A DNA stretch of 64,000 bases, taken from assembly GCA_977017575.1 (NCBI GenBank), contig CDRNVI010000002.1, positions 930,001 through 994,000 on the forward strand. The letters run 5' to 3'. Shown one piece after another: positions 20,375 to 31,083 of this stretch; position 1 is the first letter of the stretch, and each line of letters opens with the position of its first letter. The translations under genes and the position numbers were made by a program. The notes beneath the pieces were generated by a model. It had not been told where the DNA came from. It saw only the letters and a list, made by a program, of their open reading frames with translations, and did not search any database. This stretch comes from Paramoeba atlantica. Lineage: Eukaryota; Protista; Discosea.

Positions 20375-22579
20375 ATGAACGCTGTAGAATCTCTACTCGC
20401 CAAGCTCGGCTTGGATCGCTACAACTCGAATTTCCGCCGCGGTCAAGTCGATCGCGTTGCCACGCTCCGTTCCATGAGTGACGGGGAACTCACTCGTCTC
20501 GTTCCCCACGCCTCCGACCGCTCCACCCTTCAACGCGCGTTGCACCGCACCCCCACCCCGACCACCACACGAAAGCCCAAAGACGACAAGAAACACGGCA
20601 CTGGACCCCTACTCCGTACCTTCCCCAGCCATGAGTCTAACCCTCCCTCAAGCACTCGTCCCTCCGATCCCACCAAAGGTTCTCGCAACCGTTCTTCCCG
20701 AAATCCCCCATCCCAAAACACCCATGGCCGCCGTAGCAACAACCACCCCTCCTCTTCCTCCTCCTCCCCCACCCTCCCACCTGTGTGTCGTGCCTTTCAC
20801 ACCCCCACCGGGTGTCCCCGAGGAACACGTTGTCCGTACCGACACAGTGATTCTCCTATCCCCAACAACAACAACAACGATCTCCCCATCTCTTCTTCTT
20901 CTTCCCCTACGACTACCCCCACTACCCGTGCTGCCCCGGTGTGTCGTAACTTCAACTCCCCACACGGGTGCGTCTCCGGCCAAGGGTGTCGGTACCGTCA
21001 CGTGGTGTTACGACAGGGGGAGAAGACGAAGGCGGAGAACGGCAGTAGCAGCAGCACCCCCACAACAGCAGCAATAGCCCATGAGGAGAACCCCAAGAAG
21101 AGCCACAGCCGTCCCGCCGGGGTGTGTCATAACTTTAACAGCCCGGAGGGGTGTGGCCGAGGGGAGGGGTGTCGGTATTTTCACATGAGCTATGAGGAGG
21201 CGCAGAAGGTGTTGCCGGGAGCTGGGGAGGTTGCCGCGGGGATGGCCACGACGGCAGTGATGACCCCGGGGAGTGAGGGGACGGGGGAGGGTGGTGTCGT
21301 CCCTCCACGGTTTCCTCCACGGTGGGGTCCACGGGAGGGGGATGCGGAGATTACGGTGACGATTCCCGCGTACAAGGTGAAGCTGTTGTTGGGGAATGGA
21401 GCCGCCGCGTTGGTGGGGATTAACAAACGGCATAATGTGGTGAATAGTGAGATTCCTCACCCGGAGGATTTTACGTCCAACATTTCCTTCTCGTTGTATG
21501 GGGCGTTGGAGTCGTTGGAGGCGGCGAAGGAGGAGGTGCAGCATTTGGTCGGAATCACTAAGGAGAAGGAGGCACAGAATCGGCTGGATTATCTTCTGCA
21601 CCAGTCCCAGCGTAATGTGCACACGATGGAAATTTTGGGTGTCGCGAATGTGCGCCACCAAGGTACAGAACGTGAGCTCCCGGAGCCCATTCTGCGTCAA
21701 ATCGCCAGTAAGTTTTCCTACCGCTCCCCAGAGCTCCATGTCAAGGAGTATTTCATTGTCGTCGACGCCATGGACAACAAACGTATCCAGCTTCTGGACG
21801 TCATTCTCAGTTATATGGAGAACCGTGTCCAAAGTGTGGTATTCTGTGCAGCAGAGAAGATTGACACCGTGACAGCACTCAGCGAGCGAACTGCGGGGAT
21901 TGCCCCGTTTGGGGGTTTCACCACTCCCACCTCCCTGAAACCACCCTCGGGCCAGAGTGATGGTGTGGAGAGTAAGATCCACCGCATGACGCAGCTGGAG
22001 AAATTTAAGCTCGGGGTCGATACGGCATCACCAGTAGGGGGTCAGGGATCCGCGGGTGTGGTAGCGCAACGTCTGCTCGTCACCACAGATGACTACGCCC
22101 GGTACGCTCGTACTCACACGGTTCCCTATGTTAATCTTGTGCTCCATTACAATTTCCCTGCCAACAAGGAGGCGTACCTTCTACGACGCCGGCTACTCGG
22201 TCGTGGGCTCGAGACTCGGGGCTGCAGTATTCTATTTGTGTATGAACGGGAGCAGTACAAAATTAAACAGCTCCAGGGTTGTGCGACTCTGGAAGAGTTG
22301 AAGCTGGAGAACCTTCCGGAGCAAATGATGAACATTGCCGAGGCGCTTTCGGTGGAGACAAAGGAGAGTCCGTACGTGCAGTATTCTCAAGTAGAGCCGA
22401 TGGGGATGAACTGGAAAGAGGATATCTACCGGAGGGCAGAGGAGAAGGCCGCGGGGCGTGTAGCGAAGGAAAAGGCCAAAGAGGAGGAAAAACTAGCAAA
22501 GGAGAAAGAAAAACAGGAAAGAGAACGCGAACGGCAAGAAAAGGAGCTCGAAAAAGTTGCACAACCTGTACAAGCTTAG
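20375..22579 (+). CDS. SAM + 3x CCCH zinc finger + KH + degenerate helicase-C protein (possibly ZC3H41-like)
   Basis: SAM-like N-terminus, three C-x7-C-x5-C-x3-H fingers, KH-like IPAYKVKLLLGNG, C-terminal LLVTTD...VNLVLHYNFP resembling DEAD-box domain 2. Confidence 0.8.
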   Translation: MNAVESLLAKLGLDRYNSNFRRGQVDRVATLRSMSDGELTRLVPHASDRSTLQRALHRTPTPTTTRKPKDDKKHGTGPLLRTFPSHESNPPSSTRPSDPTKGSRNRSSRNPPSQNTHGRRSNNHPSSSSSSPTLPPVCRAFHTPTGCPRGTRCPYRHSDSPIPNNNNNDLPISSSSSPTTTPTTRAAPVCRNFNSPHGCVSGQGCRYRHVVLRQGEKTKAENGSSSSTPTTAAIAHEENPKKSHSRPAGVCHNFNSPEGCGRGEGCRYFHMSYEEAQKVLPGAGEVAAGMATTAVMTPGSEGTGEGGVVPPRFPPRWGPREGDAEITVTIPAYKVKLLLGNGAAALVGINKRHNVVNSEIPHPEDFTSNISFSLYGALESLEAAKEEVQHLVGITKEKEAQNRLDYLLHQSQRNVHTMEILGVANVRHQGTERELPEPILRQIASKFSYRSPELHVKEYFIVVDAMDNKRIQLLDVILSYMENRVQSVVFCAAEKIDTVTALSERTAGIAPFGGFTTPTSLKPPSGQSDGVESKIHRMTQLEKFKLGVDTASPVGGQGSAGVVAQRLLVTTDDYARYARTHTVPYVNLVLHYNFPANKEAYLLRRRLLGRGLETRGCSILFVYEREQYKIKQLQGCATLEELKLENLPEQMMNIAEALSVETKESPYVQYSQVEPMGMNWKEDIYRRAEEKAAGRVAKEKAKEEEKLAKEKEKQERERERQEKELEKVAQPVQA

Positions 22580-23117
22580 ATTCTGTTTTACAAGTTCTCA
22601 TGATTCAGGAAACAATTTTACGCTGATGGCCATTTTCGCTTTTGCTATGTATTACATTTTTCGAGATTTATTATGGGTACATACTTGCAGCAAAATTATT
22701 CAGAAAAGGGGAACTCCTGTTGTGTGTAAATCATTGTATAAGCGCATGCGTCGTTTCCTTTAACATTAAATTGCGAACGATTGGAATTTTTACTTTAACC
22801 GACTATTTCTCATCGCCTCTGTATTCAAACAAGATGCATACTGGATAGTATAGAACGTCATATTTTTAACCTTGCTGGTGCTCACTGACACTACTGTGAG
22901 GACTGCACAGGGTATACTTGATAAGATATTTTACAAGGAATGGGAGCGCTTTTGTCTGCCACACTACGTGCTAAGCAGCATTCAGTATGAGAAAAGCATA
23001 TTCCAGCTTAATTTACATTGGCAATTCAACGCCACTACACCCTCTTTCTCCTTGATTTCTCAAACAACCATTTTTCTTCAAAAGCATTATTTTTTTCTAT
23101 TTCATCGTTCTTATACC

Positions 23118-23822
23118 ATGGTACGCCACAACAACCGCATCGTTAAAAACCACTTCCGGTACCACTGGCACCCGGAGGCGAGTCAAAAAGGTCACGTCAA
23201 AGTCCTCCTCGGTCAAGCCAAGGCAGCGCAACGACGTCGGGAGCAGCGCAAGAAAAAAGCCCTCGCCGTCTTCCCCCGACCCGTTAGCGGTCCGCTGCGT
23301 CCCGTGACCCGCTGTGAGACCATTCGGTACAACATGAAACGTCGTCTCGGTCGTGGCTTCACCAAGGAGGAGCTTAAAGCGGTTGGGCTTTGCCCGGCCT
23401 ACGCGCGCACCATTGGGGTATCCGTCGACCACCGCCGGGTGAATAAAAGCGAGGAGGGGTTACAGGAGAATATTACCCGGCTGAAGGAGTACCTCTCCCG
23501 GCTCGTGGTCCTCCCCCGCAAGGCACGTAAGGTGCCAAAGAGCAAACAGGCGGCGGAGGGCAAGACGAAGGTAGGGAAAGGGGAGATGGTGGATCTTACC
23601 CAGGTCGCACAGGACCGTACCCGGAAGAGTCCTCTCCTGCTTGAGACGCAGACAGTGCCGCGGGAGGCCCCTCGGGAGCTTACGGAGCAGGAGAAGAAGA
23701 GGCACATCTTCCAGTTTCTACGTAAGAGCTACCGAGATGAGTACCTTGTGGGTGTGCGTGAGGCTCGTGCGAAGGCGAAGGAGGAGAAGGCGGCGGAGGA
23801 GGCTGCAGGGAAGAAGAAGTAA
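23118..23822 (+). CDS. RPL13: 60S ribosomal protein L13e
   Basis: HFRYHW, FPRPVSGPLRPV, RYNMKRRLGRGFTKEELKAVG, SVDHRRVNKSEE. ATG at 23118. Confidence 0.95.
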   Translation: MVRHNNRIVKNHFRYHWHPEASQKGHVKVLLGQAKAAQRRREQRKKKALAVFPRPVSGPLRPVTRCETIRYNMKRRLGRGFTKEELKAVGLCPAYARTIGVSVDHRRVNKSEEGLQENITRLKEYLSRLVVLPRKARKVPKSKQAAEGKTKVGKGEMVDLTQVAQDRTRKSPLLLETQTVPREAPRELTEQEKKRHIFQFLRKSYRDEYLVGVREARAKAKEEKAAEEAAGKKK

Positions 23823-24233
23823 AGTTGGGTGTAAGGAAAGCGTGGTAATGTGGAAAGATGATGGGAAGTGAGTTTCGTGTTGTGTAAAACATGTTTTAAT
23901 ACATTCATTTATTCAATTTTGATATGAATTGAATGCCGAGATGTGAAAATTTGTTTACTTTGACTAAATAAAATGGACTATTTTACAAAAACTAAACGTG
24001 TTTTCTTCTATTTTCACCACTGGGTCAGCTCATGAAACCGGGCCTTGGTCTAAATGCATCTGATTCCTCGTTTTGAGCGAGACCTAGAAATGCTGCTTAT
24101 AGATGTTGCTGTTGCACGATGGTAATAGTGGGTCGGATACTGTAGATGGGGGCTCTTGCTCCTATTTAGACACGTCTTATCATCGCACCAATCGCCTTCT
24201 CGATTTTAATACACAGTATATTTGGTCACATTA

Positions 24234-26747
24234 ATGACAAAGGATAGTTTTACCCGATCAGACAATGGCCCGGACCAAATTTCTATGGACTACAACTTGT
24301 CAATTGATGCAATAGAGTCCTTATCATTGGAACGTAAGGATCCGGGAGGGAATTTCCTGACAGATTCGATAAGCAATGCTTCTGCGGATCGTGTAGAAGT
24401 CCAGAACGAAGCAAGTGAATGTCACATTTCGCAAACATCGACAAACGTCGGCACACTTGTCCTGGAAACCGAAATCTCAGACCGCGCAAACGATGACACT
24501 GCTCCTCCTCTGTCATGCCCTTGTTCCGATACTGATGATCAAGTATCAAAGCGAGTGCCTTCGGTAAATTCACAATACAGCTGTTTTCAAGAAGGGGCAA
24601 CGCAACTAGAAAAGGTTTCTTTTTATGCTGAAAATTTACTTGACTCATTGGACTCGCTACGCACTCGTTTGACCTCTTTGTTGTCAGAATATCACGAACG
24701 AAAAAAGTTACTTGATTATCTCAAGCGTCAACTTGCTAAGACGCAACATTTTTGTCGCGTATTGCGTTACCACATGCAACAGATAGTGCTTGAGAAGCAT
24801 CATACCCAAAGCTTGATGCGTGATCCTGTGAATTCCGATGCTTATCAAAATGCTCACAAGGCGCTCGAGCAAACTTTGCAGCGGATTTCGAATTATGATA
24901 ACAAGCAAAAAAGTGACTTACAGCTGAACACTGCTGTATCTTCATCGAAGGACTCTTCAGAAAAAATAGCTACATTATCGTCGCAAGACGCAGAAACTAG
25001 CTCGTCTATGAATATGCCACGATTACATGGCTCTGATCCGAATAGCAAGGAAGTAAAATTGCTAATTCATCAGCTTCATGACGTATACAACGCGCTTATG
25101 GCGCATGCTGGTCTGCGCTTGAGTAGTTTTTTGAAAGCACGCGTTACAAGGCAACAAAATGATGCTTTTGAATCAAGCTCCTCCGATAATTTTTTAGGAG
25201 AACATCGGTTCCTTGTTCTCCTACTAGGGAAGCTTAATTACGCATCTCTTTCGGAAACACTTCAACATTACGCGAGTTTTCAATGTGCTAAATACCGTGA
25301 AGTGTTTCACAAATACGCGATTTTTCTGTTGGCTGCGTCATTAGAATACAAAAAAGAAATTAGTGACTCGGAGAGGAAGTCTCATAATTTATTTGAAAAG
25401 TCAGCTTTGCTTCAGGGAGCTGATCCAGTAGCTCACAGTGTGTCATACGTAGTTTCACATTTGAGATATCAGCCATTACTTGAATCACTTTCTTATTCGG
25501 ATATTCTCGACTCCAGAACTAACGGCAAGCGTCTTACACACTTCGAAACGGTCTTTCAGTGTCTAGTGAACCTTCTCCTGGACCTCACACATTATGAATA
25601 TCACTGCTTAACATCTTTGACTTCTGTAATAGAATCTGTCGAACCATACTTATCAGTCATGTTTGATCCGCTTCTCACAGAATTGTGCAAAATACACAAT
25701 ATCTGGGTGGATTCAACTGATGACTATGTCGCGTTGTTGCACGTCATTCGGTGCATTGAGAAGACCATGGCGAATCCCAGTATGAAAATCTTTAATGCTT
25801 CTATTTGGAAAGTGATGCACAAAAATAGTTGCGAAACTTTATTTACCGTTTTTCAAGGCCAGACTGAAAGTCTGCGTTCGATACGAGAGGAGACATCATT
25901 GGAAATTCCATGGCATAGAGTTTCTGTGTTACCCAGTACAGCGCGCTACGCAGAGTTTACTGCGTCCCTTTTACGATTTTGCATATTATTTCGTGAAACG
26001 AAGTGCAGGACAAGTGTACAGGACACGTATGTTTCCTCGGATAATAATCTTCAAGATTGTAATCATATCACGGCGAATGGGGACAAAAAACCATTACATC
26101 ATGATAGTTGCACTACGGGCACGTCTTCTAAACAGACTGAGATGAATTGTTTAGGCTCAAGAGTAGGCACAGAATCTATTTTTGTTGACTCTTCGGTTCG
26201 ATTACGTTCTCAGGTAGCCTTTACGTATGCCCCGGCTGCACTTCTGTTTCCTTTACACGACTCGTTATCGGCCTTCGTAAGTTACGCTTGGAGTATTTTT
26301 GAGCAGTTTATTATTTTTGTATCTCGACTTATACCAACGGAAAGATCTGTGGAACGCTGGCTGCTGAATAATTACTATCACGTAGTATTGGTGTACAAGG
26401 AGAGAGGGATTCCCCAATGGCGAGAGCAGTATCCTATCTTGAAACAGCTTGATGAACGAGTTCGATTGTATCAGGAACACCTTATGGAAGATTGCTTAAA
26501 CAAATTTTCAATAACTTCAGAGACACACTTGGAAGATGAATGGAGACAAGTTATGAACTCGCAGTATCATGAACGTTTCAGTCATAATTTTGGTTCTTCG
26601 GATATGGGAAAGCTTTTCTACTCAGCTCTTACTAGTGACCTAGTTCATGCCGATTCTAGAGAGGAGCTGTCAAAACTTTGTGCAGAAAAAATAGTTTTTC
26701 ACAGCGAACACTCTGAAAATCGGGAGTCTTATAGTGTGCCACCTTAA
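24234..26747 (+). CDS. VPS52: Vps52/Sac2-like GARP subunit
   Basis: Coiled N-terminus, TARYAEFTASLL and WLLNNYYHVV match the Vps52 C-terminal motifs. Confidence 0.65.
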   Translation: MTKDSFTRSDNGPDQISMDYNLSIDAIESLSLERKDPGGNFLTDSISNASADRVEVQNEASECHISQTSTNVGTLVLETEISDRANDDTAPPLSCPCSDTDDQVSKRVPSVNSQYSCFQEGATQLEKVSFYAENLLDSLDSLRTRLTSLLSEYHERKKLLDYLKRQLAKTQHFCRVLRYHMQQIVLEKHHTQSLMRDPVNSDAYQNAHKALEQTLQRISNYDNKQKSDLQLNTAVSSSKDSSEKIATLSSQDAETSSSMNMPRLHGSDPNSKEVKLLIHQLHDVYNALMAHAGLRLSSFLKARVTRQQNDAFESSSSDNFLGEHRFLVLLLGKLNYASLSETLQHYASFQCAKYREVFHKYAIFLLAASLEYKKEISDSERKSHNLFEKSALLQGADPVAHSVSYVVSHLRYQPLLESLSYSDILDSRTNGKRLTHFETVFQCLVNLLLDLTHYEYHCLTSLTSVIESVEPYLSVMFDPLLTELCKIHNIWVDSTDDYVALLHVIRCIEKTMANPSMKIFNASIWKVMHKNSCETLFTVFQGQTESLRSIREETSLEIPWHRVSVLPSTARYAEFTASLLRFCILFRETKCRTSVQDTYVSSDNNLQDCNHITANGDKKPLHHDSCTTGTSSKQTEMNCLGSRVGTESIFVDSSVRLRSQVAFTYAPAALLFPLHDSLSAFVSYAWSIFEQFIIFVSRLIPTERSVERWLLNNYYHVVLVYKERGIPQWREQYPILKQLDERVRLYQEHLMEDCLNKFSITSETHLEDEWRQVMNSQYHERFSHNFGSSDMGKLFYSALTSDLVHADSREELSKLCAEKIVFHSEHSENRESYSVPP

Positions 26748-26831
26748 AATTCACGAAATCTTCGCAATAATGTCATAGATCTGATACCTTGGGGTAAATA
26801 TCGGGATTCAGCCCTCTTAGATTCTTGTAGC

Positions 26832-26950
26832 AACATCATACTGTTCCTACAATCTGGTACTTCATTCTGATTTTATGAATTCATTAAACCTCATACTGTT
26901 CCTACAATCTGATACTACATTCTGATTTTATGAATTCATTAAACATCATA
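26832..26950. repeat. 55-bp tandem duplication
   Basis: TCATACTGTTCCTACAATCTG...ATGAATTCATTAAAC twice; a third start is cut by the element at 26951. Confidence 0.85.
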
Positions 26951-27908
26951 GGACACTGCAAGTTTACCCTCCCGGTGGATGGCACGAAATGGCACAGGAT
27001 GGCGCGGCGAGTCTAGTTTCAGGAGGAATCGTCATCCTCCTAAGTAGCATTTTAAATAGGAATAAATTTTCTGATGCTCTTTTGTAGTTTTGTATATGGT
27101 TTGATAATTCATAATTTGGAGGTGTCTTTACGTCACGAGTGGGGAGGTAAGTAAGCACAATCTTCCAGCTACCCTAATCTCCTCTTGCGAAAAAAGCGTG
27201 GTCGTAGTGATGATGAATTGAAGCAAACTAACTTAGACCATTTCATTGTTTATGATAAGAATTGTACCGAAAGAATGGCTTCTTCTGATTCTCTTCACCT
27301 CACTATCCTCGAGTCATGAACTCATATGAACTTATGGGAGAGAAATAACGTAAGATAAAAAAACGTTAACCACCGCGTTTAATGGAGCGACTACAAACTT
27401 GTACTTACAGTTGCTACCGCTTATGAGTGCCCCCAATTCTGGTACGCTTATGAGTTCCTTTTTCTAAGGCGAATGTTTTTGTACCTACTTTTTGCGAAGC
27501 GATCTTTTTTTTGCACAGAACCAAAATTCATAAAAATCCCAACAACCCTACGTCAGGCTGCTCTACAGACTCGCTCACTGAGCGGATAATCATTTTAGCG
27601 CCAGTATTATTGTCGAAGACAACCCGCGGCGCTAAGCACCGCGGGCCCGAATTTTCGTTTTTTTATGGCTCGAATTCTGGTCTGGTACGCTTATGAGCTC
27701 CTTTTTCTAAAAACCGGGGAACTCATAAGCAGGAGGGGTATAGTGCTTGGAACCACCCCGCCTTTTCTTGTAAACGGGTACCAAGATCCACATGAAGACG
27801 AGCGCCAAAGGTCCTCATTGTGCCAAAAATCTTCGCTCTGGATGGCACAGGATGGCACAGGATAGCACCGAATGGCACAGGATTGCACAGGATAAGTGCA
27901 TAGTGTCC
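26951..27908. mobile_element. Non-autonomous GGAC...GTCC element (PHIS-like) with ATA TSD
   Basis: ATA|GGACACT ... AGTGTCC|ATA. 10-bp subterminal repeats (GATGGCACAG) in the same orientation at both ends. No ORF. Confidence 0.7.
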
Positions 27909-27957
27909 ATAGACCACCATAATTCCATAAACAAACGTAATTCGGTCCAATTTTTTG

Positions 27958-28347
27958 ACTAAACCACATACCCGTTCAAAAAATACCTATACCTTGGATA
28001 ACATACCGGGGGGGTATGTTATTCTGACCTGCGACAGTTAACATACCCCCCCTCATTTTTTTTGTGCAACAGTACAAAAATCTAACCGTACTATCACGTA
28101 CTTTTTTAACAAAATGTTTCTTTTATGCGTTTTTAGATGTAATTTTAGATGTAATTTTAGATGTAATTTTATACGTTTTAGCATTTAGTACTACACGCGG
28201 TACATCTTTAGATACAGGTTCTACTGTGAGAGTGATTCTTTTCTTTCCTATTTCATTACCAGTCTACTTAACATACCTATACCTTGATAACATACCTATA
28301 CCTTGATAACATACCGGGGGGTATGTTAAATGGGTATGTGGTTTAGT
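27958..28347. mobile_element. MITE-like element
   Basis: Perfect 16-bp TIR ACTAAACCACATACCC / GGGTATGTGGTTTAGT. Palindrome TAACATACC-Gn-GGTATGTTA near both ends. Internal 12-bp x3 and 19-bp x2 repeats. Confidence 0.7.
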
Positions 28348-28355
28348 TCTTTTTC

Positions 28356-28988
28356 ATGGCGCTCTTGATAAACTCTCTTAAACTATTTCAGAATATGTAT
28401 TGCTCTGATATCCCCGCTAGTTCTCGAAAAGGCAAGGTATCGGCGGCTAACCTACCTTCACAATATGCCTTATCTCTTATGATACAAAGTCTTGAGGTCC
28501 GTCCAAAAAACTGGAATGTAGAAACGCCAGCGAACGAGTGGCCCGGAGTAACGCTAAATTCCCGCTCTGAAGTGGACACCATTATTTGGCGAAACAAAGG
28601 TCTTGTAGGAATAATTCTATGGAAGTATTTACCATCCTCCATCAAAGTATTCGATTGTGGTCTGGACGCTTATATGTCACGCAATCGTCTTACCGGGGAA
28701 GTCGATTTTTCATTGCTTCCCGGCAATTTGGAGGAACTTCACTTGGACTTCAATGAGTTTTACGGTCCTGTACAAACGAATTTATTTCCTTCATCTTTAC
28801 GGATACTAGAGTTGCAGTGCAACAGCTTTTCGGGGAAAATAGATTTTACAACGCTGCCACCATCGATGATCAAGATTAATGTGCAGCACAATGCAGCACT
28901 GGTGGGTACTTTCATTAAAGCGCAATCTCCAGATTTTACTTTGTTTTGTTCGGGGACAGGTATCACAGTACTTAGTAGGGACTGGTAA
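28356..28988 (+). CDS. Short LRR protein, copy 5
   Basis: RKGKVSAANLPSQ...NWNVETPANEWPGV followed by LRRs. Confidence 0.85.
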   Translation: MALLINSLKLFQNMYCSDIPASSRKGKVSAANLPSQYALSLMIQSLEVRPKNWNVETPANEWPGVTLNSRSEVDTIIWRNKGLVGIILWKYLPSSIKVFDCGLDAYMSRNRLTGEVDFSLLPGNLEELHLDFNEFYGPVQTNLFPSSLRILELQCNSFSGKIDFTTLPPSMIKINVQHNAALVGTFIKAQSPDFTLFCSGTGITVLSRDW

Positions 28989-29245
28989 GTGACGAGAGTT
29001 TTCTACTGTTTGGCATGGACTTCGATGTTCTTGAAAGTGTAGTTTGCCCTAAGGGCAGATTTCTAATCGACGAAAGGGTAATTTAAAGGTTCTGCTTTCG
29101 CTCCTTTTTTTCTTGTGGCAAATGTCTGCTTTTTATGAAGTCTATTTTTTTAGTGATAGTTTATCTATAAAGATACTTTAAATTTGATTACTTTACGATT
29201 CATGCATGTATAAACTGTTCTTAGGCAACGTATTTTAATAGATCT

Positions 29246-29653
29246 TTGTTCTGTTTGATGACACATTCGCTCGAGACTCCAGATTGGTCGAAGGATGAAG
29301 CATCGCTTAAAGGCGCCAAGGAATATCTCCGTATTGGAGATACGGTGGATTTTTTTGAATATGTGCTCTCGAGTTTGATGAGACAAAAGCCCGAGCAAAT
29401 ACCTTCGTTTTGTCTTGATCTTGTGTTAGGCCTGCGAAAAGATGGATCTGTGTACCCGCTGAATACCTCTCAATATACAAGAGAAAAAGAAGGTGCATAT
29501 CTTGAGGAGAACAGGATCTGTGATTTTCTCAATCAGTGGATCGTAGAATTATTGAATACCCGCCCAGAGACCAACGAGGATCGAATGGAGTTTCATGAAA
29601 ATTACCTTAAAAATATCCTTGTGCAGAAAAATATTTCCAAAGTTGTAGAATGA
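29246..29653 (+). CDS. Small protein with two RIIa/Dpy-30-like dimerisation repeats
   Basis: EYLRIGDTVDFFEYVLSSLMRQKPEQIPSF and AYLEENRICDFLNQWIVELLNTRPE. Confidence 0.55.
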   Translation: MFCLMTHSLETPDWSKDEASLKGAKEYLRIGDTVDFFEYVLSSLMRQKPEQIPSFCLDLVLGLRKDGSVYPLNTSQYTREKEGAYLEENRICDFLNQWIVELLNTRPETNEDRMEFHENYLKNILVQKNISKVVE

Positions 29654-29876
29654 TGTCTTTTTTATTTTCTTTTTAAGTTCGACACCAATGTATGCTTAGC
29701 ACAGCTCAACAGGTGCCGTTCTCGGCTTCTCATATCTTGCCCACAAAGCTTTGTTAGCTTTTCTCTATACACTACAAAGCTTGTGGCATACATCTCACTA
29801 CGTATTCGCTACAAACTCATTTACATTGCATTTTCTTTTCTACCTCCCCATCGTCTCCAAAACCCTTTTTACCCCC

Positions 29877-30668
29877 ATGCCCGCCATTCTCCCCACCCTT
29901 GACCGCGACAACACCTGTGCCGCCTCCCGTGTCGGGCCCCACTACTCCGCCTACAACAAAGCCGTCGACCACCCCGACCCTTGCCGCAAATTCTCCAAAT
30001 TCCCCGCGGGGTGCGCCACCCGTCCCACCACCTTCGCTCTCGCCCCACCCGACCCCTCCCCCCTCACCCCCACCGCCATGCGCCAAACCCCCCGCTTCCG
30101 TCACACCCCACTCCTCCGTACTACCGGACCACAACAACAGCAGCAGCAGCAGCAGCCACAACAACCCTCCCATGGCCTACGCCACGGCTACCCCCGGGCC
30201 TACGCCTCCGAGGGCTTCACCATCACTACCCCTCTACGGGCGACCCCAAGCAAGCCCGCACGCAAGCCCCTCCCCGCCCCCGCGACCCCCGCCGCCCCCA
30301 CCCCCCCACGGGCCTATGCCGGCGGGATCAAACCCCGCCGTGACATCAACGCCCAGTGCCGCACCGAGGCCCCCGGGCCCGCCGAGGTCAGCCGGGCGAT
30401 CCGTGCCTCCTCACGGTACACCCACTCCGGCCGCGTGAGTGTCGGCGGGGGTGGGGGGCGGGAGGGGAGGGATGTGCTGCGGTTGAGTCCGGCCTCCTCC
30501 CCGCCCGGGGAGGGGGTGCGTCGGAGTATTGGGAGGCCGGGAAGGTACCGGTACACCCCGCGGCCAACGGATCAAACGTTGAAAGGGGTGTTTAAGGAGG
30601 ACCCCGAGGCGAATCGGCGGGTGAGGCCGGTGGCGCGGCCGGCGCCGTATGGGGTGGATAGAAGTTAG
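29877..30668 (+). CDS. Hypothetical low-complexity basic protein
   Basis: Open frame across the whole GC island; third positions are C-biased then G-biased in this frame. No family recognised. Confidence 0.6.
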   Translation: MPAILPTLDRDNTCAASRVGPHYSAYNKAVDHPDPCRKFSKFPAGCATRPTTFALAPPDPSPLTPTAMRQTPRFRHTPLLRTTGPQQQQQQQQPQQPSHGLRHGYPRAYASEGFTITTPLRATPSKPARKPLPAPATPAAPTPPRAYAGGIKPRRDINAQCRTEAPGPAEVSRAIRASSRYTHSGRVSVGGGGGREGRDVLRLSPASSPPGEGVRRSIGRPGRYRYTPRPTDQTLKGVFKEDPEANRRVRPVARPAPYGVDRS

Positions 30669-31083
30669 GGAGGGAGGAAACGGTGTGGGGTTGTGTGTCA
30701 GAGGATGGGGATGTGGATAGATATCGATCGTGTGTTTGGTTTCTAGAATTTTTGGACAGGTTTTTGAATCCACTCACGGTTTTTTGTACGGCATTTTTAG
30801 TTTTCTTGTATAGCTCGGGTATGAAAATTGGTCGCATCTCGAAATTGTAGATATATTGTTACGACAGGGATAGAATGTGAGTTCAAAAAAAATGGATACA
30901 TTGGGGGTACTCTTAAAGACATAATTTCTTGGACAGTCCGGGTAGCGTTTGAATTTTGTGGAGAAATCGCGTAAGAATCTGGTCAGTACGAATAGATCTA
31001 TCAGACCGTACATGTGCATGTACGTAGCATATGACAAATGAGATATTAACTGGCTAGTCTTTTTTATAAGATTGAGTTATTCG

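Noticed and set aside
20393-22626. Long overlapping and antisense ORFs in GC islands (also 10644-11457, 29817-30837, 55503-56980)
   Set aside because: Shadow ORFs caused by stop-codon depletion in GC-rich, skewed coding DNA.
22872-23117. 82-aa N-terminal extension of RPL13 (similar extensions on PCMT, SET, H1 and LRR ORFs)
   Set aside because: Arises from non-ATG starts or pyrimidine-rich leaders; homology begins at the downstream ATG.
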